A stretch of DNA of 64,000 nucleotides from the NCBI RefSeq assembly GCF_009914755.1, contig NC_060926.1. One strand, written 5' to 3'. The first letter of the stretch is position 1. Every line of letters begins with the position of its first letter. Below the pieces are notes generated by a model. It saw only the letters and a program-made list of their open reading frames with translations, was not told where the DNA came from and did no database searches. Of the stretch, positions 1 to 14,984 are shown one piece after another. Position numbers and translations under genes: made by a program. Origin of the DNA: the human T2T-CHM13v2.0 reference genome, Homo sapiens.

Positions 1-2029
1 CTAGGAAAAAGTTATTATATACATTTTATATGTCTTAAAGGAGCGGGATGTTCCACAAAGATAGTGGGCCAGATATTGAATCTGCAACAAATATAAAATC
101 AATTCAACTGGATTTCTGCCAGTAACAACACAGTAAGATCTCACCAGACCAACTAATGCAGAGAAAGAAAAAACCCTAAAGTATCTGAATACAATCCAAA
201 AACAGCTACCTGAATGTATTTGTGCATTTGTTATCCCCGATATGTAAAATCAGTTTCTTCAAGGAATAGTACTCATTTTTTCCTTATGCCCTGAATTATT
301 TAGTTTACTATAGTGTTTTTCCCATAATAATTGTTCAATATATTTATTTGTTAAACTGAATACTCTGAGCTCAATAAGGTTGATTAACTGTAACTGACTT
401 TAGCAGAGGTACTGAAATGACTCTTGCCCTGGCCAGATCCTACACACTGGTTATATAAAAGTGTACTTCAAAAGATACAGGTCTGTAGGCATGGTCTGAC
501 ACGTTACAGTGGACAAGAAAATAGCTGAATCACCTTTCCCAGAATTCTCTCTTTCATCATAAATGTAGCAACACTTACTACGAAGTGGGTTATCTCCTCA
601 CAGTGTTTAAGATTCTTCTTGCTCGGGGCCGGATGCAAGATAATAGGTCAGTCCCTACTACACAGACATAACAGGAATGTTTTCAGGGCATTATTTGCTG
701 TGTCAATGAGTACCTTTGAGGTCTATGGGAAAAAATTATCTTAGGTTTAAATACAAGAAATAAAAAAAGTACTTTATGAAGCTATAGGGAAGTTCAAAAG
801 AGATCATGTACATTGAAGTATTTAGCACACTGTCCAGCCCATGATCAGTATATAAGTGATATCATTACTATTATTACTATTATCCAAAACGACTGCCTTA
901 TTCATAGTTATAAATGCACAGTTCATATAACTTATTTGTTCACAGCTACTAGAAAATGAAAAAGTAATACTTATCCCAGACATTTATTGACTTCCTATAA
1001 TGTCCCAGGATCCTGCCTTTTTGATAGAATTATTTTACATAATTTTGGTAATATGTTGCCAATACCTTATGATCCCCAGAGAGAAAATAATTTTAGTAAA
1101 CTTGTGCCCCTAGATGATATAGTTTGAGCCTGGGAGAACACACTCTTAATAGCAATTGAAGTAATACATCAGTCATTCATCATGGATCAATGCTAACAGT
1201 TTATGCTTTTTTGTGACTGTTTTGTTTCTGTTTCTTGTGTGCTTGTTTTCATGGTTGGATGATTTTATAGTTAAGATATCATGAAGTAAGAGGAGTTCTA
1301 GTGAAGGCACAAAGAATATATATCTAAAAATAGTCAGTGCAGTGAAATTAACCCAATTCAACCAGGACAATGTCTTCCTTTGGCTGGTTACTGTAAAATC
1401 AGCAAAATGTGATAAAGGAGTAAACCGAGAATAAAGTCCCTGCTGTTAATATTCAGAGTGCTTTAGGATAAAAACAAAACCATTGGGGGTAATAAACAGA
1501 TAATACCAAATCAAAGGAGCATGGATAAGGTAATAAATACATAAGGTAGAAGCAATTTGGGAACTGGGCAGATAGACTGCATGATAGAGTAGGCCACTGA
1601 GGAGCAAATGTTTACCTAAGAATGCAAATGACTTTAAGACCTCAGAGGACAGAGACATAAATGTTCAATTTATTTCAGTAAACATATATTGCCACTGTTG
1701 TAGATAATAATGCATCTATGGAGAAAATAAAACAAAAACAAAGCAAAAATCCTAACAAATGTACATGTATGAATATCCCTTAATAAGTGCAGCGGCAAGT
1801 GAACTGAAAGCTAAAATGCCCAATTCAATTACCATCATTACTGCTGTCAAAGCATACAAACAAATATGTTACCAATAGGAATGTGTTCTTTTTTCCTTTG
1901 GATACACTGGGTATAACATCCTGCATGTGAACAAAATCACCAAATTATTCAGGATAATAGCATTAACTAGGTTCTGGGTATCACCCAAGGCTGAAAGAAA
2001 TTGTGTCATTAACAAAACATAATCTAACA

Positions 2030-2615
2030 GGTAAAGGAAAAGATGCTCAATATCTAACTTAATCAAAAACCACAATGAGATGTTACTTCACACCTAGTAA
2101 AATCATTATTGTCAAAAAACCAAAACCCTAAGAGATATCATGTGTTGACCTAGATGTGGAGAAATTGGAACCCTTGTATACTGTTTGTGAAAATGTAAAA
2201 TAGTACTGTGGAAATTAACATGGATATTCCTCAACAAATTTAAAAAAGAACTACTATATGATCCAGCAACTCCATTTATTGGCATGCATCCAAAATAATT
2301 GAAATCAGGATTTCAAAGAGATAGCTGCACTCCCTTCGTCATTGTACCATTATTCACAATAGTCGAGATATGGAAATAACTTAAATATGCATTAATGGAC
2401 AAATGGATAAAGAAAATGTGTTTTATACATAAAATGAAATAATATTCAGCCTTAAAAATGAAGGAAATCCTGCCATAGGTGCCAAGGTAAGTTAACTTGG
2501 AGGACATTATACCAAGTAAAATAAACTGGTTACAGAACAAATACTATGTGATTCTGCGTTTATCTAAAATAGTCAAACTCATAGAAACAGAGTAGAATGG
2601 TGGTTGTCAGGGACA
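2030..2615 (+). mobile_element. Old L1M (L1MB-like) ORF2 end/3'UTR fragment
   Basis: Typical L1 3' motifs: 'accacaatgagatgttacttcacacc', 'atatgatccagcaactcc', 'aaaatagtcaaactcatagaaacagagtagaatggtggttg'. Confidence 0.8.
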
Positions 2616-2649
2616 TAAAATTTACTAGAAAAAAATTTGCCATAGAACA

Positions 2650-4190
<1,541 letters not shown>

Positions 4191-4204
4191 AGTAGGCAAG
4201 ATAT

Positions 4205-4716
4205 TGGTATACAATTTTCCATGGGTCTTTTGTTTCACGTGTTTCTGCATGTCCTCCAAGAAAAAGCATTGACTGACCTTGCTCCAGACTACATTTTCAT
4301 GGATGTTTGCATAGCAAACAACCTTGGAAAATAAAAATAATGTCTCCTTTCATATCAAAAGGAATGTTTGCTTACTCTCTACCACAGTAAACATAATGTC
4401 TCCCTCCAGCTCAAAAGTCAGACAGGAATTATGAAAGATTCAGGTCCCCAAAGTTCAGGATTCCTTGCCTGTCATGCATTCTGCCATGTGTGCAGGTATC
4501 ATCTGGCTCCCTTGGTATCACACTCTGGGAATTGAGCATCACACAGCTGGCACAAATGTTGATACTCTAGTTACTATTATTGCTGTGAGTAATAAACTCT
4601 CTTTTGTCTTTGACTAAGGATTCTCATGTGTTTTGCCAGTATCTATGAAACTGTGGCAGGCTACATTGTTAGCTTGCATGGAAAATAAAATCTCGACTCT
4701 TAATAGTTCTTTAGAC
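4205..4716 (+). mobile_element. Solo LTR, probably ERVL class; subfamily not determined
   Basis: ~500 bp with AATAAA at ~4591 and LTR-type 3' end 'gaaactgtggcaggctacattgttagcttgc'. Confidence 0.6.
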
Positions 4717-4894
4717 CATTACATGCAAAAGGAAAATTATTAGAAAAACTATTATTAGGGAAGACACAATAAAGTAATGTGACAAATCTAAGACCAAATA
4801 AATCAGTAATATTAATAAACATAAAATGGTAGACACATCTATTAAAAAAGATGTTTATATTGGATATAAAAGCAAAACCAACTATGGCACATTG

Positions 4895-5330
4895 AATATT
4901 TGTCATCAATTCTAGCCTCCTTACCTGAATTAAATTATACATCCGTATTTCAGTCATGTGTTTTTGTAACATCTCCCACAAAAAAGAGTATATTTTCCCG
5001 TCTTGTTGATGTTGGCTTTGTCATGTTACTTGTTTTGGCCAAGACAATGTTAGTGAATATGAAATAAACAGAGGCATTAAAAACATGCTGTGTAGTTCGG
5101 CTTGTCCTCATCTGCTCTTGTGATTTATTAGAAGAAAATGTCCCAGGTATCGGCTGATACAAAAGGAGAATTAGAAAACAATTGGAACAGATCTGAACCT
5201 AATTCAGGTTCTAGGTTGTGAACTTAGAACGAAGCCCTTCTGGTCCCACTTAGCACTAGAGAACTGCAAGTGACAGTCTTGAGAGCAAGAAAAATAATGT
5301 TTGCTGTTATAAATTCTGAGATCTGTGAGA
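4895..5330 (+). mobile_element. MLT1-type MaLR LTR, degraded
   Basis: 'ttgatgttggctttgtcatgttacttgttttggccaa' and 3' 'aataatgtttgctgttataa...ctgagat'. Confidence 0.65.
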
Positions 5331-5339
5331 AAAACAAGA

Positions 5340-6260
5340 ACTACTCAATAAATTGGGAATAATTGTGTAGCTACCTGAAAAAAAATTAGATTCTTACCTC
5401 ATAACATTCATCAGTATACATTCCAAATGGATCAATCTTTACAAAAAAAAAAAAACTAGACAGCTTAGGAGAAATTACTTATAACGTCGGAATTGAAGAC
5501 TGTTAAACTATATTTTAATTTTAAAACCATAAAAGAAATGATCAGTATATTTAGCTACAAAAAACAACCCTAAATATCAAAACAATCATAAGCAAAGTTA
5601 AAAGAAAAATGATAATCTGGAAAAAGATTTACAACTACCAGAGACAGAAAACTCTTTCCTAGTAACTAAAATTTTCCTCTCAATTGATTGGTAAAAGATC
5701 AACCAATACAAAAACAGCCAAAGGATAAGAATTGCAAGTTCATAGAAAAAGAAACACAAGTGGCTCTTAAATATTTGTTTTGCCTCTTTCACTATGAGAG
5801 AAATACAAACAATACTTGGATGCATTTTTCATCTATCAGAATAACAAAACTCAAAAATTTGATAATCCAGTGTCAAACATAGGATTTGTATAACAAAGAA
5901 AAGAAAAACAATATAATTGTATACTTGAAAACTGCTAAGAGAGTAGATCTCAAAAGTTCTCACCACATGCACACAAAATGATAACTATGTGAGGTGATGG
6001 ATATGTTAATTAGCTTAATTGTGGTAATCATTTCATACTGTATATATGAAAACATCACATTGTACAAGCTACATTTATACAATTTTATTTCTCAATTATA
6101 CCTCAATAAAGCTGGAAAAAATAAATAAAATTTTAAAAAGAAAAAATGCATATATTTACCTTGGATTGCATGTGCATAGAAATTACCTGGACAATAAATG
6201 GAAAATAAGAGTGGTTACCTATTGTGAGAATGAGAAGTGAGGGATGGAGGACAGAGATAA
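5340..6260 (+). mobile_element. Old L1M fragments, including an L1MA/MB 3' end (~5900-6135)
   Basis: 'gagagtagatctcaaaagttctcaccac...gtgaggtgatggatatgttaattagctt...ctcaataaagctggaaaaa'. Confidence 0.7.
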
Positions 6261-6268
6261 AAGAGATG

Positions 6269-8585
6269 TGTATTAGTCTGTTTTCACACTGCTATAAAGA
6301 AATACCTGAGGTTGGGTAATTTAAAAAGAAAAGAGTTTTAATTGACTCACAGACTGCATGGCTGGGGAGGTCCCAGGAAACATAATCATGGCAGAAGGCA
6401 AAGGGAAAGCAAAGCACGTCTTATGTGGGGGCAGGTGAGAGCGTGAAAGGCCAGGGAAACTGTCACTTATAAAATCATCAGATCTCGTGAGAACTTATGC
6501 ACTGTCACAAGAACAGCATCTGGGGGGAGCCACCCCCATGATCTAATCACCTCCCACCAGATACCTCCTTTGACATGTGAGAATTACAAGAGTTGAGCCA
6601 AACCATATTATTCCATCCCTGACCACTCCCAAATCCCATGTCCTTTTCACATTCAAAACTATTCATGCCTTCCCAACAGTCCCCCAAAGTCTTAACTCAT
6701 TCCAGCATTAATCCAAAACGCCAAGTCCAAAGTGTCACCTGAGACAAGTCAAGTTCCTTCCACCTATGAGCCTCTAAAATCAAAAACAAGTTAGTTACTT
6801 CCAAGATATAATGAGGGCACATGCATTGGGTAAATGTTCCCATTCCAAATGGGAGAAATTGGCCGAAACAAAGGGGACAGAAGCCACATGCAAGTCTGAA
6901 ACCCAGCAAGGCACTCATTAAATCTTAAAGTTCCAAAATAATCTCCTTTGACTCCATGTCTCACATCCAGGGCATGCTGATGCAAGATGTGGGCTCCCAC
7001 AGCCTTGGACAGCTCTGTCCCTCTGGTTCTACAGGGTACAGTCCCTGTGGCTGCTTTCCCAGGCTGGCAATGAGTGCCTGCAGATTTTCCAGGCGCACGG
7101 TGCAAGCCATTGTTGGATCTAAATTTCTGGGGTCTGGAGGACGGTGGCCCTCTTCTCACAACTCCACTAGGCAGTGCCCCAGTGGGGACTCTGTGTGGAG
7201 GCTCCAATCCAACATTTCCCTTCTGCACTGCCCTAGCAGAGGTTCTTCATGAGGGCTCTGCCCCTGCAGCAGACTTCTGCCTGGACATCCAGGGATTTCT
7301 ACACATCCTCATCCTCTGAAATTTAGGCAGAGGTTCCCAAAGCTCAATTCTTGTCCTCTGCACACCTGCAGACCCAACACCACAAGGAAGGCACCAAGGC
7401 TTGGGGCTTGCCCCCTCGGAAGTCATGGCCCAAGATGTACCTTGGTGTCTTTTAGTCATGGCTGGAGCTGGAGTGCCTGGGGAGCAGTCTCAAGACTGCA
7501 TAGAGCACCAAGGCCCTGGACCCAGCCCACAGAAACATTTTTCCTCCTAGGCCTCTGGGACTGTGATGGGAGGGGCTGCTGTGAAGGTCTCTAACATGCC
7601 CTGGGGACATTTTCCCCATTGTCTTGGCTTTCAATAGTCAGTTCATTACTCATGCAAATTTGTGTAGCTAGCTTGAATTCCTCCCCAGAAAAATGGTTTT
7701 CCTTTTCCACTACATAGTCAGGCTGCAAATTTTCTGAACTTTTATGCTCTGCTTCCCTTTTAAACATAAGTTCCAATATCAAACCACCTCTTTGTGAGCA
7801 CATATAACTGAACGCTTTCAGAATTATCCAGGTCACCTCTTGAATGCTTTGCTGCTTAGAAATTTCTTCCACCAGATACACTACATCATCTCTCTCAAGT
7901 TAAAAGTTCCACAAATCTCTAGGGCAGAAATAAAATCCTGCCAGCCTCTTTGCTAAAGCCTAGCAAGAGTCACCTTTGCTCCAGTTCCCAGAAAGTTCCT
8001 CATCTCCATATGAGAACACCTCAGCCTGGACTTCATTGGCCACATCACTATCAGCATTTTGGTCAAATGATTCAACAAGTCTCTAGGAAGCTCCAAACTT
8101 TTGGACATCTTTCCATCTTCTTCTGAGCCCTCCAATTGTTCCAAACTCTCCCTGTTACCCAGTACCAAAGTTGCCTCTGCGTTTTCAGTTTATCTTTATT
8201 ACAGTGTCCCACTACATCAGTATTAATTCTCTTTTCACACTGCTATAAAGAAATACCTGAGACTGGGTAATTTATTAAAAAAAGAGGTTAATTGATTCAC
8301 AGTTTCCCATGACTAGGGAGGCCTCAGGAAACTTACAATCATGGAGGAAGGCAAAGGGGAATCAAGACACATCTTCCATGGCAGCAGGCGATAGAGTGGG
8401 CATGAAGGCCAAACTGCCACTTATAAAACCATCAGATCTCATGTGAACTCCCTCACTATCATGAGAACAGCATGGGGGAAACCACTCCCGTGATCTAATC
8501 ACCTCCCACCAGAACCCTCCCTCAACACATGGGGATTACAATTTGAGATGAGATTTGGATGGGGATGCAGAGGCAAACCATATCA
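6269..8585 (-). mobile_element. Complete THE1D MaLR provirus: LTR 6269-~6610, internal ~6611-8218, LTR ~8219-8585
   Basis: Two similar LTRs with TG...CA ends, ~1.6-kb internal region, exact 5-bp TSD AGATG (6264-6268 and 8586-8590). Confidence 0.95.
6791..8168 (-). pseudogene. Broken MaLR internal ORF (fragments 7953-8168, 7591-7881, 7247-7459, 6791-7228)
   Basis: Peptides 'YLVEEISKQQSIQEVTW' and 'QKGNVGLEPPHRVPTGALPSG' match the THE1/MST internal ORF as recalled; multiple frameshifts. Confidence 0.8.
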
Positions 8586-8649
8586 AGATGCTTACTCAAT
8601 ATCTTTTAATATTTTTTGATGTTTGAACCAAAACACTGTGTTATCAATT

Positions 8650-9070
8650 CAGATGCATGCTATGACATGGATTATCTTTGAAGACATTATGCTAAGTGAA
8701 ATAAGCCAGTCACAAAAAGACAAACACTGCATGATTCCACTTGTATGAGGCACCTAGAATAGTCAAATTCATAAGAGACTGAAAGTAGAATGATGGCCAC
8801 CATGGGTTAAGGGGGAACAACAAATGGGGTGTTGTTTAATGGCTTACAGAGTTTCATTTTCAAAAGATGAAAAAGTTCTAGATATCTGTTGCACACAGTG
8901 TAAATATAGTTAACACTACTGTTAAGTACTATTAAGGTTAACAGTACACTTAAAAACTTACATTTTAAGTGTACTGTTAACTAAAAACTATAAGTGCACA
9001 CTTAAAAATGGTTAGTCATGATGGTAAAATTTATGTTATGCATATGTTACCACAATCTTTTAAAAAGACT
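8650..9070 (+). mobile_element. L1MB 3' end
   Basis: 'gacattatgctaagtgaaataagccagtcacaaaaagacaaa...cacttaaaaatggtta'. Confidence 0.85.
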
Positions 9071-10293
9071 TTATGACTGTATTATCTATTTTTAAAAAAT
9101 AATTTAAAAAATGAATGCAGAATCACACTTTGCTACGACACTTCCAAATCACTAAATCTCATTCCCTGTATAGCATATTCTATGCATAGTTTTAATTTCC
9201 AAGATTTCTACCCAATTCTTTTTAATATTCACACTTTGTTTCACAATTTATTTTTAATGGAGGATTTTCCCTCATTTGTCATTTAAAGATTCCAAATCTA
9301 CATAAACAACAAACTTTTTAAAATTAATTTTATCTAAATGATTTAATGATTTCATTGTTAGTTTTGTTGGCTCTCCTAGCATTAGCTTTCTTTCTGTATT
9401 ACAGAAGTTGGTTAATGGACTCATTTGTGTAGGAGGATTTTGTTTTGTTTTCTTTTGTTTTTGTATACCTTTTTCTTTCTTGCTCTACCTTTCTGCTCAT
9501 TCTTCCCTGACCAGTGATTTTGTAGTTGCCTCCACCTAACTTTAAGCTGTACAAAATCAAGTCTTATGAAATATAGTTTAAAATGCTTGTCCCTCAGTGA
9601 TATTGAGGATATTGAAGATTCTCAATAAACAAAATGAGATGTAATGCAATGATATATTTGAAATGAGTTCCTTTGTCTTTCTACCTCCTTAAATCCAGAG
9701 CACCATGTGAACCCTTTCCAGGACATTTTTTCAGCTTCCTTTTATAACTCTCTGAACTCCACCCCAGATACTGAGTCTTATCTGATCTCAGTAAATTCGA
9801 GGAACAATTTTAGACCCTATTACTCTTTAGGAACAAAATTTCCAGTCCGTATTATTTTATAGCCACAAATCCAATACCTTCTAGCTCTAGTCCCACTCAC
9901 TGCTTTATATTTCTGCTCAAATTCTGGTCTACTAAACAATTATACTGTTTACGAGGCAAAAAGTGATTCTGAGTTTCTCCTTTAATATTTTATCTATAAA
10001 TGATTAAATTGATATAGAGAGGTTACATCAAAACCAACTTTTTGAATAATATTTACCGGGATTCAGGTGAAAATATTAGGAAGTTCAAAGAAACCAAAAA
10101 AAAAATTATATGAAAATAAACTGAATTTAAAATAAGATGTAGAGAACATGTAGATATAATAGAAGGATAAGAGCAAAAAGGAAATAATATGCAACTCTGT
10201 AGACAATAAAATTCTCAATAGTTTTCGCATTGAGGCTACAATTTTGGTATGCATTTTCTTGCTGTCAAAGCAAAAAGGTAAATAAAATCAGTC

Positions 10294-10470
10294 AAATTAG
10301 CCAGATATGGTGGCTTGCACATGTACTCCCAGCTACTTGGGAGGCTGAGGCAGAAGGATCCCTTGAGCCCAAGATTTCAAGGCTACAGTAAACTATGATT
10401 ATGCCACTGTACCCCAACCTGGGTGACAGAGTAAGAGCCTGTCTTAAAATAAATAAGTAGATAAATAAAA
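10294..10470 (+). mobile_element. FRAM / AluJ right monomer
   Basis: 'cccagctacttgggaggctgaggcagaaggatcccttgagccc...gggtgacagagtaagagcctgtct' plus A-rich tail. Confidence 0.88.
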
Positions 10471-10487
10471 CCCTTCACAAATTTTAC

Positions 10488-13400
10488 ATTAACTATCCTA
10501 AATATGTATTCACCCAATATTAGAGCACTCATATTCATTAAACAAGTTCTGGAAATCAGAAGAGATGTAGATGACCATGTAATATAATAATAATGGGAGA
10601 CTTCAACACCCCACTGACAGTGTCAGATATCATTGAGGCAGAAAACAACAAAGATGTTTGGGACCTAAACTCAACACTTGACCAAATGGACCTAACATAC
10701 ATCTACAAAATACTCTACCCAACAACAGAATATACATGTTCTCATCTCTACATGCCACATACTCTGAGATTAACCACACACACGGCCATAAAGCAATTAT
10801 CAACAAATTCAAAAACAACACAATCATACCAACCATATTCTTGGACCACAGCACAATGAAAATTAGAAATCAATACAAATAAGATCTCTCAAAACCATAT
10901 GCTTACATAGAAATTAAACAATCTGCTCCTGAATGACTTTTGGACAAAGAATGAAATCAAGGCAGAAGTTTTTAAAAAAATGAAACTAATGAAAATGAAC
11001 ACACAACATACCAGAATGTCTGGGACACAGCAAAAGAAGTGTTAAGAGGCAAGTTTATAGTGCTAAATTCCCACATTAAGAAGTTAGAAATATCTCAAAT
11101 TAATAACCTAACATCACACCTAGAGGTACTAGACAAAGAAGGGCAAACCAACCCCAAAGCTAGCAGAAGACAAGAAATAACTAAAATCAGAGACTAACTG
11201 AATGAAATTGAGACGCAAGATTCCATACAAAAGATAAATGAAACAAAAAATTGGCTCTTCAAAAATTAAACAAGATTGATAGACTGCTAGCTAGATTAAG
11301 AAAGAAAAAAGAGAGAAGATTCAAATAAACACAATCAGAAATGACAAAGGTGACATTACCACCACCATCACAGAAATACCAAAAAACAAAAACAAAAAAC
11401 TCTCAGAGACCATTATGAACACCTGTATGCACACAAACTAGAAAACCTAGAAGAAATGAATAAATTCCTGGAAACATACAAACTCCTAAGACAGAACCAA
11501 AAATAAATTAAAATCCAGAAAAGACCAATAATGAGTTCTGAAATTGAATCAGTAATTTTAAAAATCCACCAACCAGAAAAAGTACTGGACCAGGTGGATT
11601 TACAGCTGAATTCCACCAGACTTACAAAGAGCTGGTACAAATCCTACTGAAATTATTCCAAAAATCAAGGAGAAGGGACTTCTCCCTAACTCGTTCTATG
11701 AGGCCAGCATCATCTTGATACCGAAATATATTTGAGACACAATAAAAAAAGAAAACTTCAGGCTAATATCCCCAATGAAAAGAGACTAAAAATTCCTCAA
11801 CAAAATACTAGCAAATCAAATCCAGCAGCACATCAAAAAGCTAGTCCACCATAATCAAGTAGGCTTTATTCTTGGGATGCAAGGTTGGTTCAATATACAC
11901 AAATCAATAAATGTGATTCATCACAAAAACATAACTAAAAGCAAAAACCACATGATTATCTCAAAAGACACAGAAAAAGCCTTTGATAAAATTCAGCATC
12001 TCCTCATGTTAAAACCCTCATGTCAACCTTCAATGTCAACAAACTTGTCGTCAAAGAGGCATACCTCAAAATAATAAGAGCCATCTATGACATACCCACA
12101 GCCAACATCATACTGAACAGGCAAAAGCTGAAAGCGTTCCTCCTTTCGATGACCAGAACAAGGATGCCCACTCTCACCACTCCCATTCGACATAGTACTG
12201 GAAGTCCTAGCCACGGCAATCAAGCAAGATAAAGAAAAAAAAGACATCCATATTAAAAGGAAGGAACTCGAACTATCTCTGTTTGCAGACAATATGATTT
12301 TATATCTCGAAAACCCCATAGTCTCTTCCCAAAGCCTCCTAGAACTGACAAACAACTTCAGTAAAGTTTCAGGATACAAAATCAATGTACAAAAATCAGT
12401 AGCATTTCTATACACCAGTGATGTCCAAGCTAAGAGCCAAAGCAAGAAGCAATCCTATTCACAATAGCCACAAAAGAATAAAATACCTAGGAATATATCT
12501 AACCAGGGAGGTGAAATATCTCTGCAATGAGAATTACAAAACACTTCTCAAAGAAATCAGAGATGACACAAACAAATGGAGAAAACATTCCATGCTCATA
12601 GATAGGAAGAATCAATATTGTTAATGTGGCCATACTGCCCAAAGCAATTTAGAGATTAAATATTATACTTATCAAACTACCAACATCATTTTTCACAGAC
12701 TTAGAAAAAACTATGCTAAAATTCATATGGAACCAAAACAGAGTCCAAATAAACAAAGCCATCTTAAGTACAATGAACAAGGCCAGATGTATCATACTAC
12801 CTGATTTCAAACTATACCACAAGGATACAGTAACCAAAACAACATGTTACTCATACAAAAACAGACACATAGACTGAAGGAACAAGTTAGAGAACACAGA
12901 AATAAAGCTGCACACCTAAAACCATCTGATCTTCAACAAAGTTTACAAAAACAAGCAATGCGGAAAGAACTCCCTATTTAATAAATGGTGCTGGAATAAC
13001 TGGCTAGCCAAATGCAGAAGATTGAAACTGGACTCCTTCCTTTCACCATATACAAAAATTAACTCAAATGAATTAAAGACTTAAATGTAAAACATAAAAC
13101 TATAAAAACACTAGAAAAAAACCTAGGAAATATCATTCCGTACACAGGCTTTGGCAAAGATTTCACGATGAAGTCCCCAAAGGCAATGGCAACCAAAACA
13201 AAAATAGAAGAGTGAGACTTAATTAAACTAGAGATCTTTTGCACAGAAAAACAAAACAAAACAAAAAAACATTAACAGAGTAAACAGAGAACCTACAGAA
13301 TGGGAAAAAATATTTGCAAACTATGCATCCAACAAAGGTCAAATATTCAGAATCTACAAGGAACTTAAATCAACATGCAAAAAACAAACAACCTCATTAA

Positions 13401-14245
13401 AAAATGTGCAAAGTAGTTGAACAGACACTTCTCAAAAGAAGCCATTCATGTGGCCAAAGAGCATATGAAAAAAATGCTCATCACTAATTATTAGACAAAT
13501 GCAAAGCAAAACCAAAATGAGATACCATCTCATACCAGTCAAAACGTCTATTACTAAAAAGTCAAAAAAAATGACAGATATTGGCAAGATTGTGGAGAAA
13601 AGGAACACTTATACGCTGATGGTGGGAATGTAAATTAGTTCAGCCACTGTGGAAAGCACTTTAGAGATTTCTCAAAGAACTTAAAACAACTACCATTTGA
13701 CTCAGCAATCCCATTACTAGCTTTATACTCAAAGAAATATAAATCATTCTACCACAAAGGCACCCGCACTTGTGTGTTCATTGCAACACTATTCACAATA
13801 GCAAAGGCAAAAAGCCAACCTAGTTGCCAGTCAACAGTAGACTGGATTTTAAAAATCTTTGGTACATAAATGCCATGGAATGCCATGCAGTCATAAAAAA
13901 TGAAACCATGTTCTTCGCAGCAATATGGATACAGCTGGAGGCCCTTATCCTAAGGAAATTAACCCAGGAACAGAAAACCAAATACCACATGTTCTAACTT
14001 ATAAGTGGGAGTCAAACACTGAGTACACATGGACACAACTATGGGAACAATAGGCACCAGGGCCTACTTGAAGGGGAAGGATGGAAGGAGGGGAGGGTCA
14101 AAAAACTACCTCTCAGGTACTAAACTCACTACCTGAGTGATGAAGTCATTGTACACCAAACCTCAGTAACACGCAATTTACCCATATAACAAACCTGCAC
14201 ATGTACCCCGAGCCTAAAATAAAAGTTGAAAAAATAAAAGAAAAT
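10488..14245 (+). mobile_element. 5'-truncated old L1PA (L1PA15/16-like), decayed ORF2 plus 3'UTR
   Basis: ORF2 peptides 'MGDFNTPLT' (endonuclease) and '[16 protein letters not shown]' (RT); 3' end 'aacaaacctgcacatgtacccc...taaaataaaagtt'. Confidence 0.93.
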
Positions 14246-14984
14246 AATGTGGTTTACAATTCTTTACCTTCAACAGTATTAAGGGGGAAACTCAGTAATT
14301 GTTTATGATAATTATATAAAGTTTTTTATGATAAATCACTCATTATTTTGGCTTATACCAGAAAAATTCAAAAACTTGATTGTCATTGCTATAATAAAAT
14401 TCATTTAATTTACAAAAAACAACACAAATGTTAGGTCGTTAAGAAAAAAAGAACATAGCTATGCTTCCATAGAATAACTTCTCCTGACACTTAAACTGAG
14501 ATGAAGTTTTGTCTTCATATAGAGATCACTGAATATGGGAAAGGTTAATTTCTTCAAGAACATTTCTAAGGAAATGCAGTGATAGATATACAGGAAGGAA
14601 TTTTATTGTAGTTTTTAGTATATCTGAGAGTATGACATCCAAGTATTAATTTCGTAAAGACAATTCTGTTGAAGAGTGTTGTCTAAATACACAAATTTCT
14701 GATGATCTTGCTCCGTAATAGAGATAAGATCTAGAATATCTGGCAAAATTATTGAATTCAGGATGTTAAGACCATCTTTATGTTTTGCACTTTTTTTTCA
14801 ACCATCCTTTTGGCATAAAAAAACTGACAGGTAAAATGTTTAATATGGCAATCTGTATCTGAAATGCATATAACTTGTGTATAAATATGCCAAAAATTTT
14901 ACACTAGAACAAAATAAGGCTGACATTCTTTTGTGAAAGGTAACTTAAAACAAAGACTGTCTGCCATTATCAATACAGTAAAGA

